DNA from: an uncultured Chloroflexia bacterium | GTDB taxonomy: Bacteria > Chloroflexota > Limnocylindria > Limnocylindrales > CSP1-4 | Assembly: GCA_963707215.1 (NCBI GenBank) | Contig: CAVPPB010000001.1 | Span: forward strand, 608,001 to 672,000 | DNA length: 64,000 bases | Direction: 5' to 3' | Shown here: positions 9,225-17,351 of the stretch, one piece after another | Layout: each line of letters starts with the position of its first letter | Numbering within the stretch: position 1 is the stretch's first letter | Made by a program: the position numbers and the translations under genes | Notes under the pieces: generated by a model | Databases searched by the model: none | What the model was told of the DNA's origin: nothing | The model's input: only the letters and a program-made list of their open reading frames with translations

Positions 9225-9653
9225 GTGAACAGCGTCGCCCGGCCCACGGGCATCACCATCCTTGCCATCCTGGCCCTGATCGGGGGGGTCTTCGGCGTTC
9301 TCGCCGGCCTCGCCCTGCTCTTCGGCGGGGCGCTCATCGGGGGAGCGATCGGAGGAGCCGAGGGTGCCGCCTTCGGCGGCTTCGCCTTCGTGCTCGGCCT
9401 GATCACCCTGGCCGGTGCCGCCCTGTACATCGCCTTCGCCTACGGCTCGTGGACCGCCAAGACGTACGGTTGGGCGCTCGGCATCATCGGGGCTCTCTGG
9501 AGCATCGGCACCCAGGCCTTGACCGTCCTGCTTTCCGGCGACATCGTCGGTAGCCTGATCAGCCTCAACACCATCGTCGGCCTGGCGGTCCCGATCATCA
9601 TCCTCTACTACCTGAACACGCCGAACGTGAAGGCGTACTTCGGCCGCGCTTAG
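9225..9653 (+). CDS. 4-TM membrane protein of unknown function
   Basis: RPTGITILAIL...YYLNTPNVKAYF pattern, hydrophobic helices, GGAGG SD. Confidence 0.8.
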   Translation: MNSVARPTGITILAILALIGGVFGVLAGLALLFGGALIGGAIGGAEGAAFGGFAFVLGLITLAGAALYIAFAYGSWTAKTYGWALGIIGALWSIGTQALTVLLSGDIVGSLISLNTIVGLAVPIIILYYLNTPNVKAYFGRA

Positions 9654-9659
9654 GCCGAC

Positions 9660-9698
9660 CCGGGCGCCTGAGCGCCCAACCGGGCGCCTCAGCGCCCA
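9660..9698. repeat. tandem pair of hairpin-forming units with a 20-nt period
   Basis: ccgggcgcctgagcgccca followed by ccgggcgcctcagcgccca; each has a gggcgc/gcgccc stem. Confidence 0.7.
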
Positions 9699-9924
9699 CC
9701 AGCTGCCCGACGCGGTCCGGTCACCCGGGCCGCGTCGTCGTGTTCGACTGCCCGTCGCCCGAACGCACCACCTCGGACCGTCCGGACTGGTCACCGGGCG
9801 GGCCCTGTGGCAGAGTGACGGGCACGTCGGCCGGGTCGGGAGGATCCGGCCGCCATGCCGAGCCGGGTGCGCCGACCCGGGACCCGCCGCCGATCCGAGC
9901 CGGCGCGTGGAGGATCGACTGCCG

Positions 9925-10977
9925 ATGCCCCGATCGACCGACGACCAGCAGGTCTCCCGCCGTACCCGCCGCCCTGCCGACGATGGCCCTCGCGTCGCCG
10001 TGCTCCTGTGCGGCTACGGCGAGGTCGAGGACAACGACGAGCTGGCCGAGTACAACGCCCGCTCACTGCAGCTGCTCGTCAGCAAGTCGATCAAGTTCCC
10101 CGACGTGATGATCCCGTTCCTCTCGCAGCGACTCGCCCGCCGGGCGCGCGCCGAGTACGAGCGGGCCAATCAGTTCCGCTCGCCGCACAACGACATCTTC
10201 GAGCGCCAGCGGGCGGGGATCCAGACCGCCCTGCGCGAGCGCTTCGGGGAGCGGGTCGAGGTGTTCAAGGCCTTCAACTTCATCGACGGCCTGATGCCGG
10301 AGCAGGTGCTGCCGCGCATCCGTGAGGCCGGCTACGAGCGGATCGTCATCTACCCGCTCCTGGTCGTGGACTCCGTCTACACCGGCGGCCTGTCGCTGGA
10401 GCAGGTCAACAAGGCGATCGGCAACGATGGGGCGTGGATCCGCCAGCTCCGCTACCTGCCCAGCTTCTTCGACCGGGCCGAATACCACGAGCGGCTGGCC
10501 GAGCACATCCGCGCGGGCGTGGCGCCGCTCCGTGACCGCTACGCCACCTCGCAGATCGGTCTGGTCCTGCTGAACCACGGCTGCCCCTACAAGGCCAAGG
10601 GATTCGAGACCGGCATCCGCGAGAGTCGCCTCCTGTTCCAGCGGGTCCGCGACCGGCTCGTCACCGAGTACCCCAACCTGTCGATCGGCTGGATGAACCA
10701 TCCGACGCCGGGCCGCTGGACCCAGCCCGACATGCTCCAGGCCGCCCGGAATCTCGTCACCACCGGCGCCCGGGCCGTCGTCTTCGCACCCATCGGCTTC
10801 GTGACCGAGAACCACGAGACGATGCTCGACGTGGGCTACACGATCGAGAAGCTGGGCCGGGTCCACCCGGACGTCGAGACCCTTCACCTCCCGAGCCTCA
10901 ACGACGACGTGGCCTTCCTCGGGATGGCCGCGACCTGGATCGAGCCTCTCGTGGAACAGGCAGCCGAACCCGCCTAG
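9925..10977 (+). CDS. ferrochelatase-family (class II chelatase) protein
   Basis: VAVLLCGYGE, SPHN, YPLLVVDS, LNHGCP (catalytic His position), WTQP, PIGFVTENHETMLD (catalytic Glu position), SLND. Confidence 0.85.
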   Translation: MPRSTDDQQVSRRTRRPADDGPRVAVLLCGYGEVEDNDELAEYNARSLQLLVSKSIKFPDVMIPFLSQRLARRARAEYERANQFRSPHNDIFERQRAGIQTALRERFGERVEVFKAFNFIDGLMPEQVLPRIREAGYERIVIYPLLVVDSVYTGGLSLEQVNKAIGNDGAWIRQLRYLPSFFDRAEYHERLAEHIRAGVAPLRDRYATSQIGLVLLNHGCPYKAKGFETGIRESRLLFQRVRDRLVTEYPNLSIGWMNHPTPGRWTQPDMLQAARNLVTTGARAVVFAPIGFVTENHETMLDVGYTIEKLGRVHPDVETLHLPSLNDDVAFLGMAATWIEPLVEQAAEPA

Positions 10978-10991
10978 GCGGGCACCATCCG

Positions 10992-13358
10992 ATGTCCGGC
11001 CTGCTCGTCGATCTGCGACGTCACCGCTCGCCGCCCGAGGCCGGCAGCAAGGCCGCCGGCCTCCATTGGCTGTCGTCGCACGGGTCCCGGGTGCCGCCGG
11101 CCTGGGTCGTGCCACCCGCGGTGGCAGCCGGCCTCGCCGACCCGGCCCGCCGCTCCGCCGTCCGGGCGGCCCTGTCGGCCATCGTCGCCGACGGACGTCG
11201 CTACGCCGTGCGCTCGTCGGCCGCCGGCGAGGACGGCGCCGAGCGCTCGTTCGCGGGCCAGTTCCGGACGATCCTCGACCGGCAGGGCGTCGACCCGGTC
11301 CTCGTCGCGATCGAGGAGGTGTCCGCGTCGGCCGCGAGCCCGGGCGTCGCCGCCTACCGGGCTGCCGCCGACGGCGTGAAGCCGGTGTCGGCCGACGGAC
11401 CGAGCCCCGGCGGGGCCATCGGCGTCGTGGTCCAGGAGATGATCGAGCCGACCGTCGCCGGGGTCGCCTTCAGCAAGAACCCGCTGACGGGTCTCGACGA
11501 GGTCGTGATCGAGGCGATCCCGGGTCGGGGGGACCGCCTCCTGTCGGACGGGGCCGACCCGGAACGGTGGGTCGACCGCTGGGGGGCATGGGTCGAGCGC
11601 CCCGACACCGGTCGGGTCGAGGAGGCCGTCGTCCGCGAGGTGGTCAGGACCACGCGCGAGGTGGCCGTGGCCTACGGTCGGCCGGTCGACCTGGAGTGGG
11701 CCTGGGACGGCCGGCTGGTGTGGTGGCTCCAGGTCCGTCCGATCACCGGGCTCGAAGGCATCCGCCTGTACTCCAACCGGATCTCCCGCGAGGTCCTGCC
11801 GGGCCTCATCAAGCCGCTGGTCTGGTCGGTCAACGTGCCGGTGGTCAACCGGGCCTGGATCCGCCTGTTCGAATCGTTGATCGGCCCCAGCGGCCTGACC
11901 CCGGACCGCCTGGCCCGTCGTTTCGGTAGCCGCGCCTACTTCGAGATGAGCGCCATCGGCGACGTCTTCGCGGCCCTGGGGATGCCGCGCGAGTCCCTCG
12001 AGCTGCTCATCGGGCTGCCGCCCGGGCCGGAGCGGCCCCGCTTCCGGCCGACGCCGTCGACGTTCCGCCACCTGCCCCGGATGCTGGGCCTTGCCAGGGA
12101 GCTGGCCGGCTACGGGACCACCGTCCGCCACGAGGTGGCCGGGATCGCCGCCACGACGCGCCAGCTGGAGGAGAGGGCCCCGGGGGACCTCGACGACCGC
12201 TCGCTCCTGGCCCGGGTGGACGAGCTCCTGGAGCTCACCGAGCGGGCCGCCTATGCCAACATCGTCACGCCGCTGCTGATGAACCTGTACACCCGCCTGG
12301 TCGGCCAGCGGCTGGGTGCGGCCGGCATCGATCCGCGGCAGGTGGATCCGGCCGCCGACCGTTCCGATCGCCACCGCTTCGACCCGCGAGCCGGGCTCGC
12401 CGCGCTCGGGGCGATCCTCGCCCCGCTCCCGGAGGCGGATCGCGCGGCCATCCGGGACCGAGGGGCGGCGGCCCTCGAGGAGCGCGAGGACCTGGCCCCG
12501 GTCCGGGCAGCGCTGGAGGAGCTCCTGGCCCGGTTCGGCTCCCTGTCCGACAGCGGCAACGACTTCTCGGTGCCGCGGTGGCGGGAGGATCCCGACGCGG
12601 TCCTGCGCCTGGCCCTCGACGACCCGGCTGCGGTCGGCGAGGCGGCCCTGGGCTGGACGGCGATCGAGGACCGGATCCCGACCGCCGAGCGCCCCTGGCT
12701 CCGACCGCTCTTCGGCAAGGCCGGCGCCTACCGGGTCTACCGCGAGGCGGTCAGCCTCGGCTACACGCGTGCCTACGGCCTGCTGCGGCCGACCTTCCTG
12801 GAGATCGGTCGGCGGCTCGTCGACCGTGGCGTCCTCGACGCGGTCGACGACGTCTTCTTCGTCGAGCTCGAGGAGGTCCGCGCGCTGCTCGACGACCCCA
12901 CTGCCGTGCCCGCCCGGGAGCTGGTCGCCGAGCGGCGCCGGGAGCTGACGGAGGCGGCCACGCTCGCGCTGCCGGACCTCATCTTCGGAGAGGACTACGT
13001 CCCGGTGCCGGCCGATGGAGCCGCGGGCGACCGGATCGTCGGGCTGGCCAGCTCGCGCGGCCACCACCGGGGGCCGGCCCGCGTGGTCCGGAGCCTGGCC
13101 GAGAGCGACCGGGTCCGCCCGGGTGACGTCCTGGTCGTCGCCCACTCCGACGTGGCCTGGACCCCGCTGTTCGCCCGCGCCGCGGCGGTCGTGGCCGAGT
13201 CCGGCGGGATGCTCTCCCACGCCTCGATCGTGGCCCGGGAGTTCGGGATCCCGTCGGTCGTCTCCGCGACGGGCGCCTGCGCGCGCATCCCCGACGGGGC
13301 GACGGTCGTCGTGGACGGCTACCGCGGCGAGGTCGTCGTAGAGTCGGGGCACGGCTGA
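10992..13358 (+). CDS. PEP-utilising enzyme: ATP-grasp + central domain + phospho-His swivel (Rph/PigC-like order)
   Basis: GSKAAGL, AVRSSAAGEDG..SFAGQF, VVQEMI, DLEWA, LQVRPIT; C-terminal GGMLSHASIVAREFGIP. Confidence 0.88.
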   Translation: MSGLLVDLRRHRSPPEAGSKAAGLHWLSSHGSRVPPAWVVPPAVAAGLADPARRSAVRAALSAIVADGRRYAVRSSAAGEDGAERSFAGQFRTILDRQGVDPVLVAIEEVSASAASPGVAAYRAAADGVKPVSADGPSPGGAIGVVVQEMIEPTVAGVAFSKNPLTGLDEVVIEAIPGRGDRLLSDGADPERWVDRWGAWVERPDTGRVEEAVVREVVRTTREVAVAYGRPVDLEWAWDGRLVWWLQVRPITGLEGIRLYSNRISREVLPGLIKPLVWSVNVPVVNRAWIRLFESLIGPSGLTPDRLARRFGSRAYFEMSAIGDVFAALGMPRESLELLIGLPPGPERPRFRPTPSTFRHLPRMLGLARELAGYGTTVRHEVAGIAATTRQLEERAPGDLDDRSLLARVDELLELTERAAYANIVTPLLMNLYTRLVGQRLGAAGIDPRQVDPAADRSDRHRFDPRAGLAALGAILAPLPEADRAAIRDRGAAALEEREDLAPVRAALEELLARFGSLSDSGNDFSVPRWREDPDAVLRLALDDPAAVGEAALGWTAIEDRIPTAERPWLRPLFGKAGAYRVYREAVSLGYTRAYGLLRPTFLEIGRRLVDRGVLDAVDDVFFVELEEVRALLDDPTAVPARELVAERRRELTEAATLALPDLIFGEDYVPVPADGAAGDRIVGLASSRGHHRGPARVVRSLAESDRVRPGDVLVVAHSDVAWTPLFARAAAVVAESGGMLSHASIVAREFGIPSVVSATGACARIPDGATVVVDGYRGEVVVESGHG

Positions 13359-13359
13359 C

Positions 13360-13380
13360 CCGATCCCTCGACGGGATCGG
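13360..13380 (+). terminator. stem-loop between the PEP-utiliser and Mut7-C genes
   Basis: ccgatccc-tcgac-gggatcgg perfect 8-bp stem; no U tract. Confidence 0.35.
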
Positions 13381-13406
13381 CGCACGGGCGTACGGTCGTG
13401 GGCACG

Positions 13407-14192
13407 ATGGACGATCCGGGCCGCCAGGCTGCCGCCCCGTCGAGCCAGGTCGCCGTCCGCTTCCACGGGGCGCTGAACGACTTCCTGCCCGCCCATAGCC
13501 GGGGCACGATCGTGCGGCGACCGATCGACGGCCGGCCCGCGGCCAAGGACGTGCTCGAGGCCGCCGGGGTGCCGCACCCCGAGATCGCCCGGATCCTGGT
13601 CAACGGCAACCACGTCGACCTCGCCCATCGTCTCGAGCCCGGCGACCTGGTCGAGGCCCATCCGTTCGATCCGACGGTCCTGCCCGCTCCGGCGATCGGG
13701 GAGGCCGGGTCCGGCGGTTCGCGGTTCGTCCTCGACGGTCACCTCGGACGGCTGGCTGCCCACCTTCGGATGTGCGGCTTCGACGTCGCCTACGACCGGG
13801 ACGCCGACGACGACCTGCTGGCCGCCCGCGCAGCGTGCGAGGACCGGATCCTGCTGACCCGGGACATCGGGCTGCTCAAGCGGTCCATCGTCCGGCGCGG
13901 TGCGTTCGTCCGGGCCGACCGACCGCGCCAGCAGCTGGTCGAGGTCATCCGCCGGTTCGGCCTGGCGGGTTCGTTTGCCCCGTTCAGCCGCTGCCTGCGC
14001 TGCAACGGCCCGCTGGAGCCGGCCGCCCGGTCGGACGTTCGATCCGCGGTCCCGCCGCGGGTGTTCGGCGAGCAGGCGACCTTCCGCCGCTGCGCCGACT
14101 GTGGCGGGATCTACTGGCGTGGGTCGCACCATCGGCGGATGGCCAGGCTGCTCGACGAGGTGCTCGCCGAAGTCGCTGCCCCCGGGGCGTGA
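13407..14192 (+). CDS. ubiquitin-like + Mut7-C (PIN-like) RNase domain protein
   Basis: KDVLEAAGVPHPEI..ILVNG (Ub-Mut7C); FVLDGHLGRLAAHLRMCGFD, ILLTRD; Zn ribbon RCLRCNG...CADCGGIYWRGSH. Confidence 0.9.
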   Translation: MDDPGRQAAAPSSQVAVRFHGALNDFLPAHSRGTIVRRPIDGRPAAKDVLEAAGVPHPEIARILVNGNHVDLAHRLEPGDLVEAHPFDPTVLPAPAIGEAGSGGSRFVLDGHLGRLAAHLRMCGFDVAYDRDADDDLLAARAACEDRILLTRDIGLLKRSIVRRGAFVRADRPRQQLVEVIRRFGLAGSFAPFSRCLRCNGPLEPAARSDVRSAVPPRVFGEQATFRRCADCGGIYWRGSHHRRMARLLDEVLAEVAAPGA

Positions 14193-14298
14193 CCGGCGGA
14201 CCCGGGCCCGAGGCCCGGCACCCGACGCGCTGACCAACGGCTCTGGCGGCCACGGGTCCACCGGACGACCATCCGGCCAGGGATCAAGGAGGAGTCGG

Positions 14299-14565
14299 AT
14301 GTCCGACACCCAGGAACCATCCGAGGCGATCGGGACGGTGACCCACTGGTTCGGCCACCTCTCCGTGGCCGCGGTCCAGCTGACCGCCCCCCTGGCGGTC
14401 GGTGACCGGATCCGCATCCGGGGCCACCTCACGGACTTCGTCCAGGTCGTCGGCTCGATGCAGATCGAGCACCAGCCGGTCGAGCGGGCCGAGCCCGGCG
14501 ACGACGTCGCGCTGGCGGTGGACGACCACGTTCGCGAGCACGACCGGATCTTCCGCGAGGCCTGA
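14299..14565 (+). CDS. small translation-elongation-factor-like beta-barrel protein
   Basis: AAGGAGG SD; IGTVTHWF...LAVGDRIRIRGHLTDFVQVVGSMQIEH..AEPGDDV pattern (EF-Tu domain II / U32 peptidase C-terminal-like). Confidence 0.75.
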   Translation: MSDTQEPSEAIGTVTHWFGHLSVAAVQLTAPLAVGDRIRIRGHLTDFVQVVGSMQIEHQPVERAEPGDDVALAVDDHVREHDRIFREA

Positions 14566-14611
14566 CCCGGGCCGGTCGGGGGCCACCCGCCATGGGCGGG
14601 CCGGCGGTCCG

Positions 14612-14965
14612 TCAGCAGGTCACGTGGAGGACGGCCGCGGTGTCGTCGACGTCGGCCTCTGACAGGAGGTGGCAGGCCTCCGGCGTGGGCACGGCCACGA
14701 GCTCGACGCCACGTCGCACGGCCTCCGCGGCCACGTCGGCATCGATCGGCAGCGCTCCGTCGACCCCGGTGCCCACGATGAGGCGGCGGCTGTCCCAGGG
14801 GATCGGCTCGAGCAGGCTCAGCGGGGTGTGGCCGTAGCGATCGCGGAGCGGGCGGGAGGCCCTCTTGCGGCGCTTGCTCACTCGGCCTCGCTCGATGACG
14901 ACGTCGCGCTCGTAGCGTCGTCCGTCGATCTCGATGACCCCGAACCCGATCACGCGGGCCTTCAT
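14612..14965 (-). CDS. Mth938-like (DUF498) protein
   Basis: FGVIEIDGRRYERDVVI, LIVGTG, PTPEAC, C-terminal LHVTC. Confidence 0.85.
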   Translation of the reverse strand: MKARVIGFGVIEIDGRRYERDVVIERGRVSKRRKRASRPLRDRYGHTPLSLLEPIPWDSRRLIVGTGVDGALPIDADVAAEAVRRGVELVAVPTPEACHLLSEADVDDTAAVLHVTC

Positions 14966-15047
14966 GTCGGATCCTCGACCGGAGTGTCGGTCGCCGGCTC
15001 GCCGCGGATCGCCCGACGCCGCGAGGCCGGCTGCCCCGGCGGGGCGA

Positions 15048-15123
15048 TGGAGCGGGAGACGGGGCTCGAACCCGCGACATGCAGCTTGGAAGGCTGCCGC
15101 TCTACCAGCTGAGCTACTCCCGC
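15048..15123 (-). tRNA. tRNA-Gly (TCC)
   Basis: Reverse complement gcgggagtagctcagctggtagagcggcagccttccaagctgcatgtcgcgggttcgagccccgtctcccgctcca: cloverleaf, TTCGA T-loop, encoded CCA. Confidence 0.97.
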
Positions 15124-15233
15124 CCGGTCGACGCCCGCAAACCTACCACGACGACAGGCCCGACGGCCCTAGCAGTGGAGAGCGGCCCGGCGCACCCTCG
15201 GTCCGACGCGGTACCGCAGTCCAAGGAGACCCG

Positions 15234-15401
15234 ATGCTCAAGCTGATCCTTCCGCTCCTCTTCGGCTTCGTGGTCCTGGGGATCGTCTACGTGATCATGA
15301 CCCAGGTGTTCGAGGTCGACGTGAAGGCCGAGTTCTCGCGCCGGATGGGCGTGGACATGCCGGAGGAGCTGCCCGAGGAGCTCATGGAGGCAGTCGAGTA
15401 G
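15234..15401 (+). CDS. 55-aa single-TM protein with acidic tail
   Basis: AAGGAG SD; MLKLILPLLFGFVVLGIVYVIM then EELPEELMEAVE. Confidence 0.7.
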   Translation: MLKLILPLLFGFVVLGIVYVIMTQVFEVDVKAEFSRRMGVDMPEELPEELMEAVE

Positions 15402-15534
15402 CCACCTGCGGGGCCACCCGCCCCGCGCATCCGCCACGCACGACACGACCGGGCTGACCGCCCGGTCGTGTGGCGTCCGGCGCCGGCGACCCGACGCCCG
15501 GCGGTCGGGCCCATGCCGTGGCAGGATGCCGGGC

Positions 15535-16173
15535 ATGGCCGGCAAGCTCGTCCCCAAGCTGATCCTCGAGGGCACCCGCCTCACCCACAAGACGGACCTG
15601 GCCTTCGCGCTCCAGGACGAGCCCCGGATCACCGGCCCCAGGCGCTACCGGTATCACACGCCATTGATCTCGGCCGAGTGGTGTGGCTTCACCAACCGGC
15701 CGTGGGGCCGCGGGATCATCAACTACGCGCCCGATGAGAAAGGACAGGCCATGGAGACGTACGCCACCTGGACCCGTCTCTTCGAGCTGCTCCCCTACTA
15801 CGCCTGGATCGTGGACCGGTTCCACCTCTCGACCCAGGTGGAGCAGCGCCGCCTCCACGGTGTGGCGCCCAGCTTCGGATGGCTCGAGGACCGCCTCCGG
15901 CCGCTCGGCTTCCGGATCGTCCTGTGCACGCGTCGCGACGAGACGTTCGAGGCGGCCCGGGCCGCCCGGCTGCCGGTCAGCGGCAATCCGGCCCAGTACG
16001 ACGACCTGTCGGTCTTCATCCGCGAGCAGGCCGAGCTCTGCCGGCTCGCGGCGACGTCCACCCTGCCGGTGCTCGAGCTCGACGTCAGCGACGACGACGT
16101 GCCAGCCGCGGTCGAGCGGATCGCCGGGTGGCTGGAGGCGACCGGCGGCCTGAGCCTGCCGGACGGGCTCTGA
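15535..16173 (+). CDS. hypothetical protein, NMP/thymidylate-kinase-like P-loop fold
   Basis: LILEGTRLTHKT (P-loop variant), WIVDRFHLS (DR motif of dTMP-type kinases). Confidence 0.6.
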   Translation: MAGKLVPKLILEGTRLTHKTDLAFALQDEPRITGPRRYRYHTPLISAEWCGFTNRPWGRGIINYAPDEKGQAMETYATWTRLFELLPYYAWIVDRFHLSTQVEQRRLHGVAPSFGWLEDRLRPLGFRIVLCTRRDETFEAARAARLPVSGNPAQYDDLSVFIREQAELCRLAATSTLPVLELDVSDDDVPAAVERIAGWLEATGGLSLPDGL

Positions 16174-16206
16174 GGCCCGGGCAAGGGAAGGGCCCGGCAT
16201 CGGCCG

Positions 16207-17307
16207 TCAGGCGGACAGCCGCTCGGCCAGGTAGCGGATGGCGGACGGGTAGCGGTACTCGATGGCACCGTGCTTGGCATCGAACAGCTCGAACGAGGGC
16301 TCCGGCGCCCCAGCACTGACGCAAGCCTGCCGGAACGCCTCGGCGCCGAGATCCAGGAAGTACTCGTCGCGGGTACCGGCGTCGATCCAGATCGCCCGCA
16401 TCGAGCGCAGGGCCGCGGCACCCTCGGCCGTGCGGGCCATCCTGACCGGGTCCCGGCGCAGCCAGCGCTCCCAGACTCCGGGGTCCAGCTCGCCGGTCGC
16501 AACGTCGAAGGGCAGCCGGACCGTGCCGTCGTCGTCGGTCGAGTAGCAGGCGGCCATCGCCCAGGTGTTCACCAGGATCGGGTCGTCGGGCCGGGTCATC
16601 GCCGGCCGCGAGCGGAACTCCGCCCAGAACCGCTCGAAAGAGCCCCCGTAGCCGTCGCGGAGCGCCCGGGCACAGCCGGCGAACTCGGGCTGGTAGCAGA
16701 CCTCGAACAGCGCGTCGCCAGCGTGGGTCGCCAGCGCCCCGAAGAGATCCGGTCGGAGCATGGGCGTCACCATCGCGCCGTAGCCGCCGCTGCTCTTGCC
16801 GGTGATCCCGCGGTGGTCGCGCGACGCCAGCGTCCGGTAGGTCGCGTCCACCCAGGGCACGACCTCGTCGCAGAGGTAGGCGTGGTAGCGGCCGGTGCCG
16901 GGCGAATCGAGGAACTGGCTGCCACCGACCGAGGTCCAGCAGTCGACCATCACGACGATGGCCGGCGGTGCTGGGTCGGGACCCCCGAAGGCCCCGTCCA
17001 CGAGCTCCGGGACCGACGGCCGGAACGCGGTCCGGTTCCGCCACATGTCGAGCTGCCCCGTCATCCCCTGGATCAGGTAGACGGTCGGCAGGCGGCGCTG
17101 CGGGTCCGCATCGTAGGCCGGCGGCAGGTAGACCCAGACCGGCCGCTCGGCCGGATCGCCCAGCGGGTTGCCCTCGAGGGCCCGGCTCGTCAGCAGGTTG
17201 GCCTCCAGGCGACCGGCGTGCGGTCGGCCCCATGGCGGAGTGGCCGGCACGCCGGCCAGCGGGTCGCCCAGCGACCGGGACCGGATCGGGCGCGGATCGA
17301 TCGTCAT
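16207..17307 (-). CDS. putative esterase (Fes-like alpha/beta hydrolase)
   Basis: VWVYLPPAY, DEVVPWVDATYRT, GKSSGG nucleophile elbow, DAGTRDE, terminal His. Confidence 0.88.
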   Translation of the reverse strand: MTIDPRPIRSRSLGDPLAGVPATPPWGRPHAGRLEANLLTSRALEGNPLGDPAERPVWVYLPPAYDADPQRRLPTVYLIQGMTGQLDMWRNRTAFRPSVPELVDGAFGGPDPAPPAIVVMVDCWTSVGGSQFLDSPGTGRYHAYLCDEVVPWVDATYRTLASRDHRGITGKSSGGYGAMVTPMLRPDLFGALATHAGDALFEVCYQPEFAGCARALRDGYGGSFERFWAEFRSRPAMTRPDDPILVNTWAMAACYSTDDDGTVRLPFDVATGELDPGVWERWLRRDPVRMARTAEGAAALRSMRAIWIDAGTRDEYFLDLGAEAFRQACVSAGAPEPSFELFDAKHGAIEYRYPSAIRYLAERLSA

Positions 17308-17351
17308 GCCCGAAGGGTAGCGCCGTGGCCCGGCCGCCGCGGTCCCCCTGA

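Noticed and set aside
10992-13358. Rifampin resistance gene (rph) or true PEP synthase
   Set aside because: Domain order excludes PpsA/PPDK, and Rph specificity cannot be assigned from motifs; no RAE element recognised.
10974-15080. Very long antisense ORFs (1368 aa here; also 21480-24341, 28757-31567, 38099-41098, 47717-50677)
   Set aside because: Shadow frames of real genes; high GC3 suppresses stop codons on the opposite strand. No motifs.
14669-15112. ORF ending MERETGLEPATCSLEGCRSTS
   Set aside because: It is the antisense translation of tRNA-Gly.
9900-15123. Genomic island integrated at tRNA-Gly
   Set aside because: No integrase, no duplicated tRNA 3' end found by eye, and no evident compositional shift.
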